From a virus (taxonomy: Duplodnaviria; Caudoviricetes): a stretch of 60,081 nucleotides of DNA. The stretch lies in IMG/VR virus record IMGVR_UViG_3300021963_000141, positions 1 through 60,081 of that record. One strand, 5' to 3'. The first letter of the stretch is position 1. Each line of letters starts with the position of its first letter. Positions 31,635-39,542 of this stretch are shown one piece after another. The notes below the pieces were generated by a model. It saw only the letters and a program-made list of their open reading frames with translations, searched no databases and had not been told where the DNA came from. The translations under genes were made by a program, and so were the position numbers.

Positions 31635-32036
31635 TTATCGTGTTGGCTGGAGTGCAAATGTTAATTGTTGAGGTAAAACGTTAATACCTACAATTCTATA
31701 AGTTATAGTTACATTGAATTCATTGTTTTCATAATTTGGTGCAACATCTACTGAGATTAACTCTACCCTTGGTTCATAGTTTTCAATAGTATTTTCAATT
31801 TCATCCTTAATTACGGATGCAGATATGTCGTCAATGTTTTCAAAAAGGGAACGACTTACTTTTGAACCTAAATTTTCGTTAAAAAATCGTTCTCCTGGAT
31901 AAGTAAGCACCAAATTTCGAATAGAGCGAGCAATAGCGGTCTCATTTTTCAGAGCAATTAAGTCATAGTTGAGTGGATTGACCTGAAAGGTCATACTCAG
32001 GTCCTTAAATCCTTTACTGACCCGCTCTAACGGCAT
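31635..32036 (-). CDS. gp25: Baseplate wedge subunit gp25
   Basis: FKDLS..AIARSIRNLV.T.PGERFF...IENYEPRV. Confidence 0.95.
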   Translation of the reverse strand: MPLERVSKGFKDLSMTFQVNPLNYDLIALKNETAIARSIRNLVLTYPGERFFNENLGSKVSRSLFENIDDISASVIKDEIENTIENYEPRVELISVDVAPNYENNEFNVTITYRIVGINVLPQQLTFALQPTR

Positions 32037-32056
32037 AAAAAGTATAAAATCTGTAT

Positions 32057-32064
32057 TATTTATT
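32057..32064 (-). promoter_or_regulatory. Late promoter AATAAATA for the baseplate operon
   Basis: Octamer ~20 nt upstream of the gp25 ATG. Confidence 0.6.
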
Positions 32065-32317
32065 CGGGTTTTTTAGATTCGTAGAGTGGTTCCGTTCCAT
32101 AATCCCAGTCATCATAGTCTTCATCATTGCGAATTTTTGAGTGAATTTCATTTTGATGATAAAAATCGTGTTTTTTGGGGGTTAATTCATCATTTGCAAT
32201 CTCACGAAGCATTTTTTGCTTCTGAATTTGACTTTCCCAACCATATTCACTACTCAAATACTGAGTTCCCCACTCATTTTTCATAAAGTTTTGATCTTTA
32301 TCGACTTTTTTGGTCAT
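32060..32317 (-). CDS. Hypothetical protein
   Basis: In-strand ORF overlapping its neighbours, with an acidic aromatic C-terminus. Confidence 0.7.
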   Translation of the reverse strand: MTKKVDKDQNFMKNEWGTQYLSSEYGWESQIQKQKMLREIANDELTPKKHDFYHQNEIHSKIRNDEDYDDWDYGTEPLYESKKPE

Positions 32318-32993
32318 TGTTTGCTCCTGATTCGTTAAAATCAGAACTTTTTACGGGGTTGCTATCCCGAATTTTTGTAATTTCGTACATAAAATCATCA
32401 GAAGTCTCAATTTTACGACGATTTTCAACTGAGTATTCGGTTAAATCAATCTCATATCCTGGATTTTTTGTAATTCTATTCTTAGTCCAAGCATCATCAT
32501 ACCACAATATTTTATTGTTTGGGTATGCATAGAAATTTCCATTGTCCATCTTGAAAAAATGAGCACATTTATGCTCCGGAGTCTCACTAAAGTTAGTATT
32601 CAGTGTCGATTTAGATTCCCAAGACCAATCAAGAGTGAATAGATAAGTCCCTTCATTCTTTTCTCCCCGATAGTTAATCAATTCAGCACGTAAGTTAGCC
32701 AATCTTGAACGAACTTGAACATCAATATAAGGAGAAAAACAATCCCACCACATACACTCTTCTAATTCGGGAACTGGCGCATCAGGTTTCCAACAAAATG
32801 CATGAATAGGTCTACGAGTCCAATTGACCCCATTCTCAAGAAACGCCTCAAAGAGGGGTACGTGCTTCTCTAAGGACGCTACAGAGTGTACATCGCATAA
32901 AGTTACCTCACCATGACCTTTTTTATGATTATAAAGAAATTCATTACGAATGTAACACGTAATTGTAGGTAGATTATGATTTAGATATGCCAT
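32298..32993 (-). CDS. Conserved phage hypothetical protein (231 aa)
   Basis: YLNHNLP, WWDCFS, YLFTLDW, EHKCAH and PNNKI motifs, familiar from T4-like cyanophage hypotheticals. Confidence 0.8.
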   Translation of the reverse strand: MAYLNHNLPTITCYIRNEFLYNHKKGHGEVTLCDVHSVASLEKHVPLFEAFLENGVNWTRRPIHAFCWKPDAPVPELEECMWWDCFSPYIDVQVRSRLANLRAELINYRGEKNEGTYLFTLDWSWESKSTLNTNFSETPEHKCAHFFKMDNGNFYAYPNNKILWYDDAWTKNRITKNPGYEIDLTEYSVENRRKIETSDDFMYEITKIRDSNPVKSSDFNESGANNDQKSR

Positions 32994-33004
32994 AAGTTTA
33001 TAAT

Positions 33005-33029
33005 AAAAAAGCAGGGATTTCTCCCTGCT
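33005..33029 (-). terminator. Rho-independent terminator
   Basis: GCAGGGA/TCCCTGC stem followed by a T-run on the minus strand. Confidence 0.7.
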
Positions 33030-33038
33030 CTATCTATA

Positions 33039-33179
33039 TTATTTACCTTGACCGCGATATCTTTTCTTACGTCCATTACGAGACGTTGCACTCAATAGTG
33101 TACGAGCAGAACGTCCTTGACGTGTTTTCTTTGGTGCTCCTGGTTGAAACAGGACTTTATTACTTCCACCTTTAGCCAT
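33039..33179 (-). CDS. 46-aa highly basic conserved protein (not in ORF track)
   Basis: MAKGGSNKVLFQPGAPKKTRQGRSARTLLSATSRNGRKKRYRGQGK with a GGAGG RBS. Confidence 0.8.
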   Translation of the reverse strand: MAKGGSNKVLFQPGAPKKTRQGRSARTLLSATSRNGRKKRYRGQGK

Positions 33180-33206
33180 TTGTAATTACCTCCATTTTAA
33201 AATTCA

Positions 33207-33974
33207 TCAAATTACGCGAGTTTTTTCATGACCAACTCTGATACGAGGATCGCACCAGATATCAAATCCTGCCTCTTTTGCATCAAGACAGAATGAAACA
33301 TCTTCACCACACATATCCTGAACTGCACCAGATTCAAAGACTTGCATCTTCGGAGCAAACCAAGGATACTCAAGATTCTCGAAGACACCATTCTTAATCA
33401 AAACCCAACCAAATCCAGTGTAATCAACTGTGAAAGGCTTTCTACGCTTTTGAATTGAATCAACGGTTTCGTGATTCATAACACCACCATTCTTACGGAA
33501 ATCATCTTCCTCTAACCAGTGTGCTACTGAGGTTGTGTGACCATCTTCTGTGGCATACCAACCAGCAACAACTTCCTTCTCTTCTCCTTCTTCATTCAGA
33601 GCAAGATCACAGAGTTGCCAGAACTTTTCTGTGTTGAAGACAATATCCGAGTCAATCCAAAGTTGATAATCGTATTGTAGTTTACCATCCCAAGGAATCT
33701 GCTTTGGTCCACGAAGTACATTTGCTCCAAGAACTTTACAACGTGCAAAGTTCACCATAGAACTATAGTCTTGTGAAATCTGAATACTCATATTGTTTTG
33801 TACAAGATCAAAACAAAGTTGTACAAATGCTTTTAGAAAGATAAACGAACATCCCCTACCAGGTAGACAGAAGACAATCGACTTGCCCTTCATTCGTTCT
33901 TTAATTGCATCATAATCCCATTCTTGTTCTTTGGGTTTAGGTGCAGTTGCTTTAACAGTAAATCCTTTTGCCAT
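33207..33974 (-). CDS. Glycosyltransferase-like protein (GT-A fold)
   Basis: WIDSD (DxD), TGFGWVLIK, GEDVSFC, IRVGHEK. Confidence 0.8.
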   Translation of the reverse strand: MAKGFTVKATAPKPKEQEWDYDAIKERMKGKSIVFCLPGRGCSFIFLKAFVQLCFDLVQNNMSIQISQDYSSMVNFARCKVLGANVLRGPKQIPWDGKLQYDYQLWIDSDIVFNTEKFWQLCDLALNEEGEEKEVVAGWYATEDGHTTSVAHWLEEDDFRKNGGVMNHETVDSIQKRRKPFTVDYTGFGWVLIKNGVFENLEYPWFAPKMQVFESGAVQDMCGEDVSFCLDAKEAGFDIWCDPRIRVGHEKTRVI

Positions 33975-33998
33975 AAGTGAAATTAACCTTCAATGTCA

Positions 33999-34027
33999 AT
34001 TTTATCCGTCTATTTAGTATTTGTCAA
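33999..34027 (-). promoter_or_regulatory. Sigma70-type promoter with an embedded late promoter
   Basis: TTGACA-N17-TAAAAT, with CTAAATA inside the spacer. Confidence 0.7.
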
Positions 34028-34038
34028 TGCTAACGCAG

Positions 34039-34233
34039 TCAATGAGAGGAATTCAACAATACTTCCTTACTTACACAAAGTTCCTCATAACTTAAATCTT
34101 CCTTTGTAAGATCTAAATCAAGAAGATCAATCATTCTGTGCATCATCTCCCAAGTCTCAGTGAACTTACTCTCTGATAAATTGTGATAAACACACTGACC
34201 CTTTGCATAAATGTGATAAACCTTTTCAGTCAT
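34039..34233 (-). CDS. Hypothetical protein
   Basis: In-strand 64-aa ORF. Confidence 0.7.
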   Translation of the reverse strand: MTEKVYHIYAKGQCVYHNLSESKFTETWEMMHRMIDLLDLDLTKEDLSYEELCVSKEVLLNSSH

Positions 34234-34264
34234 AAAAATTATTCCGGAATTTTTTCAGTGCTTT

Positions 34265-34408
34265 TTATTTTGTTACCGCATTATATATCAGTACAAATAA
34301 AAATCCAACAGTGCCTCCGAATATCGTAAAGCACTGTCGTGGATATCTTATTAACCATCCTGCAAAGACAACCTTCCAGAAGTTCCAATAAGGATATTTT
34401 TTCTTCAT
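34265..34408 (-). CDS. 47-aa predicted membrane protein (not in ORF track)
   Basis: MKKKYPYWNFWKVVFAGWLIRYPRQCFTIFGGTVGFLFVLIYNAVTK. ATGA overlap with the HNH stop. Confidence 0.7.
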   Translation of the reverse strand: MKKKYPYWNFWKVVFAGWLIRYPRQCFTIFGGTVGFLFVLIYNAVTK

Positions 34409-35475
34409 TGAATAAATCGAGATGTTACAGTTTCTCTATGATGAATAATATCATCATTAATAGAATTTTTAACTAATTCAAGTACTTTCAATATCCTAGA
34501 ATCTTTTTCATTTTCAATTAATAACTCAATTTCTTTTATTTTATGTTTCTGCCATTCCAAATGACATTCTTCAGTTGAATCAAAAGATCCGAGATAACTT
34601 TTTCCAATCCTTGCATTATATCTAATATTCTTCATTTTTGTTGGATTAGATAAGTTTACTCCAAGAGGATACTTTCCTCTTTTTTTAAAACTTAAAATAT
34701 TAATTAAATTATAAGAAGTTATCACACAGTTTTCTGGACAATATTCATTACCTTTAATTAAGTAAAATATTGAATCTTTATCAATTTTTTGATTCTCTAT
34801 CCAAATCTTAAATCCTGAATACTTTTTCCATTCCTCACAAATAGTTTTATTTTTTGTTTTACACTCCTTCAATATTCTTAACCATCTTTTATAAGTCGGA
34901 GAGTGTCTCCCTTCGAATTCAACATCATTAACTCCAATACTATAAGCATAATCCTTTTTTAAAGAATTGCTTACCTTTCTTAGATATTCTTTGTCTCTTT
35001 TCCACGATGCTTTATTTTCTTCAATGGACATCCATTCCAGATTACTAACATGATTGTTTAGTTTATTTCTATCTTTATGATCAATTGAATCATAATTGTA
35101 AGGATTTGGAATAAATGCCTCTGCTACTAATCTATGAATATTTGCCTTTCTTTGACGCAGATATTTTCCATTCTCATCCCGAAGCGTGATATTAATGGAA
35201 GGATACTGATATTTTGTGTGGGCAGGATTTCCTCTCAGATGTGTATTCAGAGGTATCAATCCATACTCATTTAATTCTGTATACCTATCATATTTTCCAG
35301 GCGCTCTATATGCTTTTCCCTCATCACTAATGTAATATCCAGGATATTGGGTTTCTCTTATATTCTCCGGAATTTTTATAGGGGGGAATTTTGGAGGGTC
35401 GATTATATTATACCTGTTCTTTAGATAATATCTTCGTTTTGCCTCTTTCTGTTTTTGTGGGTCTTTATATGGCAT
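34405..35475 (-). mobile_element. Free-standing HNH homing endonuclease
   Basis: IHRLVAEAFIPNP...IDHKDRNKLNNHVSNLEW (HNH_3 pattern), plus a second HNH-like/AP2-like C-terminal half. Confidence 0.88.
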
Positions 35476-35669
35476 TTTTTCTGGGAAAAATTTTTTTTAT
35501 AAGAGCGATAGAAAGGTCGAAAAAGACATACAGTGTAGGTTAGGGTAGTGGGGCGTTTTTATATACGCAACGCCCGCTATAAACAATAACAAACAACATA
35601 AATTAACTGCTAATTCTTAACACTGTCAAATTACGATTGCAGATATAAAGAATCAATCAGTGCTGTTTA

Positions 35670-35698
35670 ATTATAATACCTAACTGTTTGACTGTCAA
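35670..35698 (-). promoter_or_regulatory. Perfect sigma70 promoter
   Basis: TTGACA-N17-TATAAT exact consensus. Confidence 0.85.
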
Positions 35699-35710
35699 TA
35701 TAAAGAACAG

Positions 35711-35743
35711 GTGCGGTCCCTGTTTAATACTCAAGGACCGCAC
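35711..35743 (-). terminator. Stem-loop after the small ORF
   Basis: GTGCGGTCC/GGACCGCAC 9-bp stem followed by a weak T-rich tail. Confidence 0.5.
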
Positions 35744-35751
35744 AGTTAGTA

Positions 35752-35892
35752 TCAGAACTCGATGCTATCTGCAGTGGGTTCGCTATAAGCAATCGACTGC
35801 TGATTGTCCTCGGTGAGTGTATCCAGAATCGAAAGAATCTCACTGCCAGTGTTACCTTGAGCAAGCAGAGAAAGCATCACGGTCTTAGACAT
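35752..35892 (-). CDS. 46-aa hypothetical protein
   Basis: Likely start MSKTVMLSLLAQGNTG at 35892. The upstream extension in the ORF track overlaps a structured leader. Confidence 0.6.
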   Translation of the reverse strand: MSKTVMLSLLAQGNTGSEILSILDTLTEDNQQSIAYSEPTADSIEF

Positions 35893-35965
35893 TTTGTGTT
35901 CTTGTGTGTTAGTTAGTGTGAAACAGTGAGTGTCTTTGTGAGGGCGCATCTCATTCCCTTAAGTA

Positions 35966-36223
35966 TCAGAAATCAAACACGTCAGAGTTAATCTCAAGGA
36001 CGTTAATCTTGGGGTCCTTGAATGATACTCCGTCAGGCGTCTTTAGGGAATTAAAAGAACACGCTTCCAGAGCATCTACGAACTCAGAGTAATCACCACA
36101 CTCACGGGCAAGACTATAGAAACCCTCATCATTTTGAATCCACAGTGCAACATTCCAGGTCTCATAATTCGTCCAACCGTTATACTCAGTGTCGGACAGA
36201 TTTGCTTGGTAAGTGACAGTCAT
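35966..36223 (-). CDS. Conserved phage hypothetical protein
   Basis: YNGWTNYETWNVALW motif, widespread in phages. Confidence 0.8.
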   Translation of the reverse strand: MTVTYQANLSDTEYNGWTNYETWNVALWIQNDEGFYSLARECGDYSEFVDALEACSFNSLKTPDGVSFKDPKINVLEINSDVFDF

Positions 36224-36254
36224 TTGGAGAAAAGTTTAGTGGGAAAAGTGTGAC

Positions 36255-36434
36255 TCAGGAGATTACAAATACACAGTCGGGGTGATGATCTTCGCACCAA
36301 TAAGTAGCAGGATAACCACTCTCAGAACAGTGATCATTCATTCGATCAACCTCATTCTGTGCTTGAGATTCAGTCAGGTGAGAGTAATGAACTCGGGTCT
36401 GATTCTGAAACTTAGAGTAGACTGCGAATGTCAT
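36255..36434 (-). CDS. 59-aa hypothetical protein (not in ORF track)
   Basis: MTFAVYSKFQNQTRVHYSHLTESQAQNEVDRMN..., in-strand and downstream of repeat copy 1. Confidence 0.55.
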   Translation of the reverse strand: MTFAVYSKFQNQTRVHYSHLTESQAQNEVDRMNDHCSESGYPATYWCEDHHPDCVFVIS

Positions 36435-36480
36435 TTGGGGAAGAAAAGTGTTGTTGAGGGGTGAACTGTTGCCCCCCCCC

Positions 36481-36518
36481 CATACTACTAAGACACTTTA
36501 GAGGTGAGTAACTTTAAT
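36481..36518 (-). repeat. 38-bp cassette/promoter motif, copy 1
   Basis: ATTAAAGTTACTCACCTCTAAAGTGTCTTAGTAGTATG, followed by a G-run. Confidence 0.95.
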
Positions 36519-36528
36519 ACCCTACTAA

Positions 36529-36702
36529 TCACCAACGGTCAGGTGTACTTAAGTCCTCAACGTAAGCATCACACTTCTCTGCAGGTTCCAACTTGAATAA
36601 CTTCTCCCAGTCAATCTGATGTGGGTCGAAGTCAGGAAACGCTTGAATGTCTAGAGTGATGCGATAACGAACCTTCTGTGCCTGGTTGTATGCTACTGAC
36701 AT
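36529..36702 (-). CDS. Hypothetical protein
   Basis: Likely start MSVAYNQ at 36702, with an AAGGAG RBS and a promoter at 36730-36758. Confidence 0.7.
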   Translation of the reverse strand: MSVAYNQAQKVRYRITLDIQAFPDFDPHQIDWEKLFKLEPAEKCDAYVEDLSTPDRW

Positions 36703-36729
36703 AAGTGCGCTCCTTGTGTTACTGAAAGT

Positions 36730-36758
36730 ATTGTAAGATGCTGGGCGGATTTTGTCAA
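36730..36758 (-). promoter_or_regulatory. Sigma70 promoter (leftward)
   Basis: TTGACA-N17-TACAAT. Confidence 0.8.
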
Positions 36759-36830
36759 TGAGTCTGGGGATATTTATGAGGGACCTGTGTATTTTTGTGC
36801 GGGATGTGTGGGGATTTTGTGACGGGGCGC

Positions 36831-36859
36831 TTGACAATTTCTTGGAGGTGTGATAGCTT
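36831..36859 (+). promoter_or_regulatory. Sigma70 promoter (rightward, into the DnaA-box cluster)
   Basis: TTGACA-N17-TAGCTT with an extended TG. Confidence 0.55.
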
Positions 36860-36904
36860 GCAGGCAAAGATCACAAGGTCCAGAAGGATTTAAATGACTA
36901 TAAG

Positions 36905-36968
36905 TTTTCCACAATTCTAACAGTTTTTCCACACATTTATTATACTTTTTCCACAACATTGTGGAAAA
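36905..36968. promoter_or_regulatory. Cluster of four DnaA boxes
   Basis: TTTTCCACA at 36905, 36925 and 36947, and inverted TGTGGAAAA at 36960. All match TTWTNCACA and the cyanobacterial box. Confidence 0.75.
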
Positions 36969-36994
36969 CTAATATCATTATTTCAACACTTAAA

Positions 36995-37002
36995 TATAAA
37001 TA
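36995..37002 (+). promoter_or_regulatory. T4 late promoter TATAAATA for the GIY-YIG gene
   Basis: Exact consensus 26 nt upstream of the ATG. Confidence 0.7.
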
Positions 37003-37028
37003 ACGCAAGTATATTTTTCATCAATTCA

Positions 37029-38042
37029 ATGGCATATATCTATTCAATTACCAACCTTGAGAATAGCAAACTCTATGTGGGAAAGACTACTCAACCCAAC
37101 CCATATGATAGATGGAAGCAACACTTACAGAACGCAAGAAGTAAGGATAATTTAGCAGAGAACAATTCAGTTCATTCTATGCCTATTGTTCGTGCCATAT
37201 GTAAATACGGAGCAGACAACTTTAAGTTTAGAGTATTGGAAGAATGTAGTGATGATGATGTTAATGAACGTGAAACCTTTTGGATAAACAAACTTGATAC
37301 TTGTGGTAAGAATGGGTATAACATTACGTTAGGTGGTGATGGTGTAAAGAAACCACGAAAGTATTGGGCAAATCATCCACATTCTAAAGCAGTGAGTTGT
37401 TATACATTAGAAGGTGAATGGGTTAGAGACTATGAGAGTGTGGGAATTGCTGCTGATAGTTGTGGAAATAAAAAGGGAAAAACTGGGATAATTGCTTGCA
37501 TTAAAGGTACGACATTTCAAGCACTTGGATATAGATGGGCGTGGAAAGGTGAAACTCCTAAAGTAATAGAGAAAAGAGTAAATGTTCGTGGTGTTGTATA
37601 TGGTATCAATCCAACATTAGGACGTAAAAAGATGTGGAAATCTATGGCAGATGCAGCAGAAGAAATACAAGGAAATCGTACAAATAATCACGCTATTCAT
37701 CACTCACTTAACAGTCCTGACAATAGCAAATTACAGGTAAAAGGTTGGTATTTCTTTAGATCAAAACCAACAGATTGGACACCAGCAACAAAAGCACATT
37801 CAATAGAACACTATAAAAAAATTGCTGCAATTAGCAATGAAAAGAGAAAGAAACCTGTCTATGGTGTGAGTATTAAAACCAATGAAATTGTGGAGTTTGG
37901 TAGTATGAGTGAGGCATCATTTTTTATTAAAGGTGAAGGTAACTATAGTGGAGTTGCTAATATCAAAAACAACATTCAACGTATAAACAATGGGCAAACT
38001 TGGTGCAATGCTTATGGTTATAGATGGTATGAAAAAGCATAA
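37029..38042 (+). mobile_element. GIY-YIG homing endonuclease with NUMOD1-like repeats (seg-like)
   Basis: YIYSITN..NSKLYVGKT, R.KQH, AI.KYG..NFKF..LE, E..WI, GYNIT.GG. Three C-terminal S..AA...GY.W repeats. Antisense to its neighbours. Confidence 0.92.
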
Positions 38043-38070
38043 AAAAGAGGGTATAATCCCTCTCTCTTTA
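38041..38070. terminator. Bidirectional terminator between convergent genes
   Basis: A6-GAGGG-loop-CCCTC-T-rich. Confidence 0.6.
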
Positions 38071-38321
38071 TTGATTCTCAGTAGCAAAAGTTTCGATTCC
38101 GTTGATTGCTCGATTGCCTAGATTTGCAATCCCATTGAATCCTACTGTTGAAAGAATGATACCAGTGATAACTCCAATCAGAAACTTAGACATTAGATAA
38201 GGTGTGCAGGTGATCCACAAGACTTATAGAAATCAACCATTCTTTTTGCCTCTTCAAGTGTACTGAATGATTGAGTTCTCCACTGTTGTTGATAAGGAGT
38301 GAAGTAGCGAATCGTGAACAT
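38068..38321 (-). CDS. Two tiny coupled ORFs (38068-38193, 41 aa, hydrophobic N-terminus; 38193-38321, 42 aa)
   Basis: MSKFLIGVITGIILSTVGF... and MFTIRYFTPYQQQWRTQSF..., with stop/start overlaps. Confidence 0.6.
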
Positions 38322-38322
38322 T

Positions 38323-38520
38323 TCAGTTATCAAGTTGGTAAACAGTTTGAGTCAGTTTGTCTAGAAGTTCAGGAGTGAAAAGTTCAACAATCGGTTTCGG
38401 TTCTTCATCATCATTGCAATCATAATACAGTTGACATTCATACTCCCAAGCAAGATCTTCATCTAGAGTCATCAGATTCTCTAGTTGTTGTTCAATAGAG
38501 CGAATGAGTTGTTGATTCAT
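38323..38520 (-). CDS. Acidic hypothetical protein
   Basis: In-strand, tightly packed ORF. Confidence 0.65.
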   Translation of the reverse strand: MNQQLIRSIEQQLENLMTLDEDLAWEYECQLYYDCNDDEEPKPIVELFTPELLDKLTQTVYQLDN

Positions 38521-38522
38521 AA

Positions 38523-38726
38523 TCAGGCAGCGATTGCAGATTCCATACGAACTGTTTTTGTATCAATCAAAGCATAGTCATAGTCACCTTCTTCAAGTTT
38601 TTGAGCATATGCTTCTGCAGCAGATTTGCAATCAAACAAACACAGGGAATCAAAGTGCTCGCCTTCATAATTCCAACCGCCAATCACAGCGTAAACTTTC
38701 ATCTGGGAGAATTGTGCAGTGGTCAT
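38523..38726 (-). CDS. Hypothetical protein; ATG supplied by repeat copy 2
   Basis: VYAVIGGWNYEGE..LFDCKSAAEAY. Confidence 0.7.
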   Translation of the reverse strand: MTTAQFSQMKVYAVIGGWNYEGEHFDSLCLFDCKSAAEAYAQKLEEGDYDYALIDTKTVRMESAIAA

Positions 38727-38761
38727 ACTACTAGGACACTTTGAAGGTGAGTAACTTTAAT
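38724..38761 (-). repeat. 38-bp motif, copy 2
   Basis: ...CACCTTCAAAGTGTCCTAGTAGTATG. The upstream stop is directly adjacent (38762). Confidence 0.95.
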
Positions 38762-39085
38762 TCAGCGAAGAATCATACCTTCAGTGAATGGAATTGGGGC
38801 ATTGTTGTCTGCATCAATGATAACCCATTCGAAGTTCTTTTGAAAGATTCTTGCACCATTTGCGTGCTCTGAAAGAATAGCATTGAGACGCGATTTGGTA
38901 GTTACAGTTTGATACCCACAGTGATAAAGTTCAATAAAAGTATCACCTACAGTTGCAATATGATTCCCGTGCAGATACACATAAGAGGCATCTCTTTCAG
39001 GAGAATAGAGAACCTCAGTGTTGTCATTCTTCCAATCCTTACAGTTAAGAATGGCGGTGTTCATTTGCTTTTCGATGATACGCAT
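38762..39085 (-). CDS. Conserved phage hypothetical protein; single-gene unit between repeats
   Basis: VYLHGNHIA...TTKSRLNAIL motif. Confidence 0.75.
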   Translation of the reverse strand: MRIIEKQMNTAILNCKDWKNDNTEVLYSPERDASYVYLHGNHIATVGDTFIELYHCGYQTVTTKSRLNAILSEHANGARIFQKNFEWVIIDADNNAPIPFTEGMILR

Positions 39086-39103
39086 TGTCAGAAGTGCAGT
39101 GGT

Positions 39104-39141
39104 GATACTACTAAGACGCTTTGGAGGTGAGTAACTTTAAT
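39104..39141 (-). repeat. 38-bp motif, copy 3
   Basis: ...CACCTCCAAAGCGTCTTAGTAGTATC. Confidence 0.95.
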
Positions 39142-39153
39142 TGTCGTAGAGTT

Positions 39154-39489
39154 TCAGTTACGCATCAGTGAAAGATACCCATCCTCAGAGAGACAATCCT
39201 CAGAGAGTTGCACATTACGAGCACAGGCAATCGCATCAGCAAAGACATCAAACTTCCCAAAGGTTTTCTGTGTTCCACACCAGCAACCTTTGTATTCGTA
39301 AATCATTGCTTCGACAGAGAATACATCCTCCATTGTGTTAGAATCTACACTGTGCTTGATGTAAACTTTTCCGTCATTTCGGGTGTACTTATCAAACATC
39401 GAGGACTTGAAAGTACGCTTGAAATCAGTTACAAACTCAGCAGTGAGATCAGTATTCTGAGCGAAGAGATTTACGAAGTGAGCAGTCAT
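39154..39489 (-). CDS. Hypothetical protein; single-gene unit between repeats
   Basis: 111-aa in-strand ORF filling the space between copies 4 and 3. Confidence 0.7.
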   Translation of the reverse strand: MTAHFVNLFAQNTDLTAEFVTDFKRTFKSSMFDKYTRNDGKVYIKHSVDSNTMEDVFSVEAMIYEYKGCWCGTQKTFGKFDVFADAIACARNVQLSEDCLSEDGYLSLMRN

Positions 39490-39504
39490 TTGAAGTTCAG
39501 TGGT

Positions 39505-39542
39505 GATACTACTAAGACACTTTGAAGGTGAGTAACTTTAAT
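39505..39542 (-). repeat. 38-bp motif, copy 4
   Basis: ...CACCTTCAAAGTGTCTTAGTAGTATC. Its TAA ends a 46-aa ORF at 39538-39678. Confidence 0.95.

Noticed and set aside
2068-32532. Plus-strand ORFs in the structural block (e.g. 9884-10291, 16841-17239, 6342-6689)
   Set aside because: They are antisense shadows of long, well-supported minus-strand genes.
35926-35960. Firm call as a fluoride riboswitch
   Set aside because: It lacks the P2 stem and the conserved UGAUG segment, and no fluoride-related gene follows. Kept only as an unknown motif.
36703-36959. ORF extensions 36529-36867 and 36774-36959
   Set aside because: They overlap clear promoters and the DnaA boxes, and an RBS supports a start at 36702.
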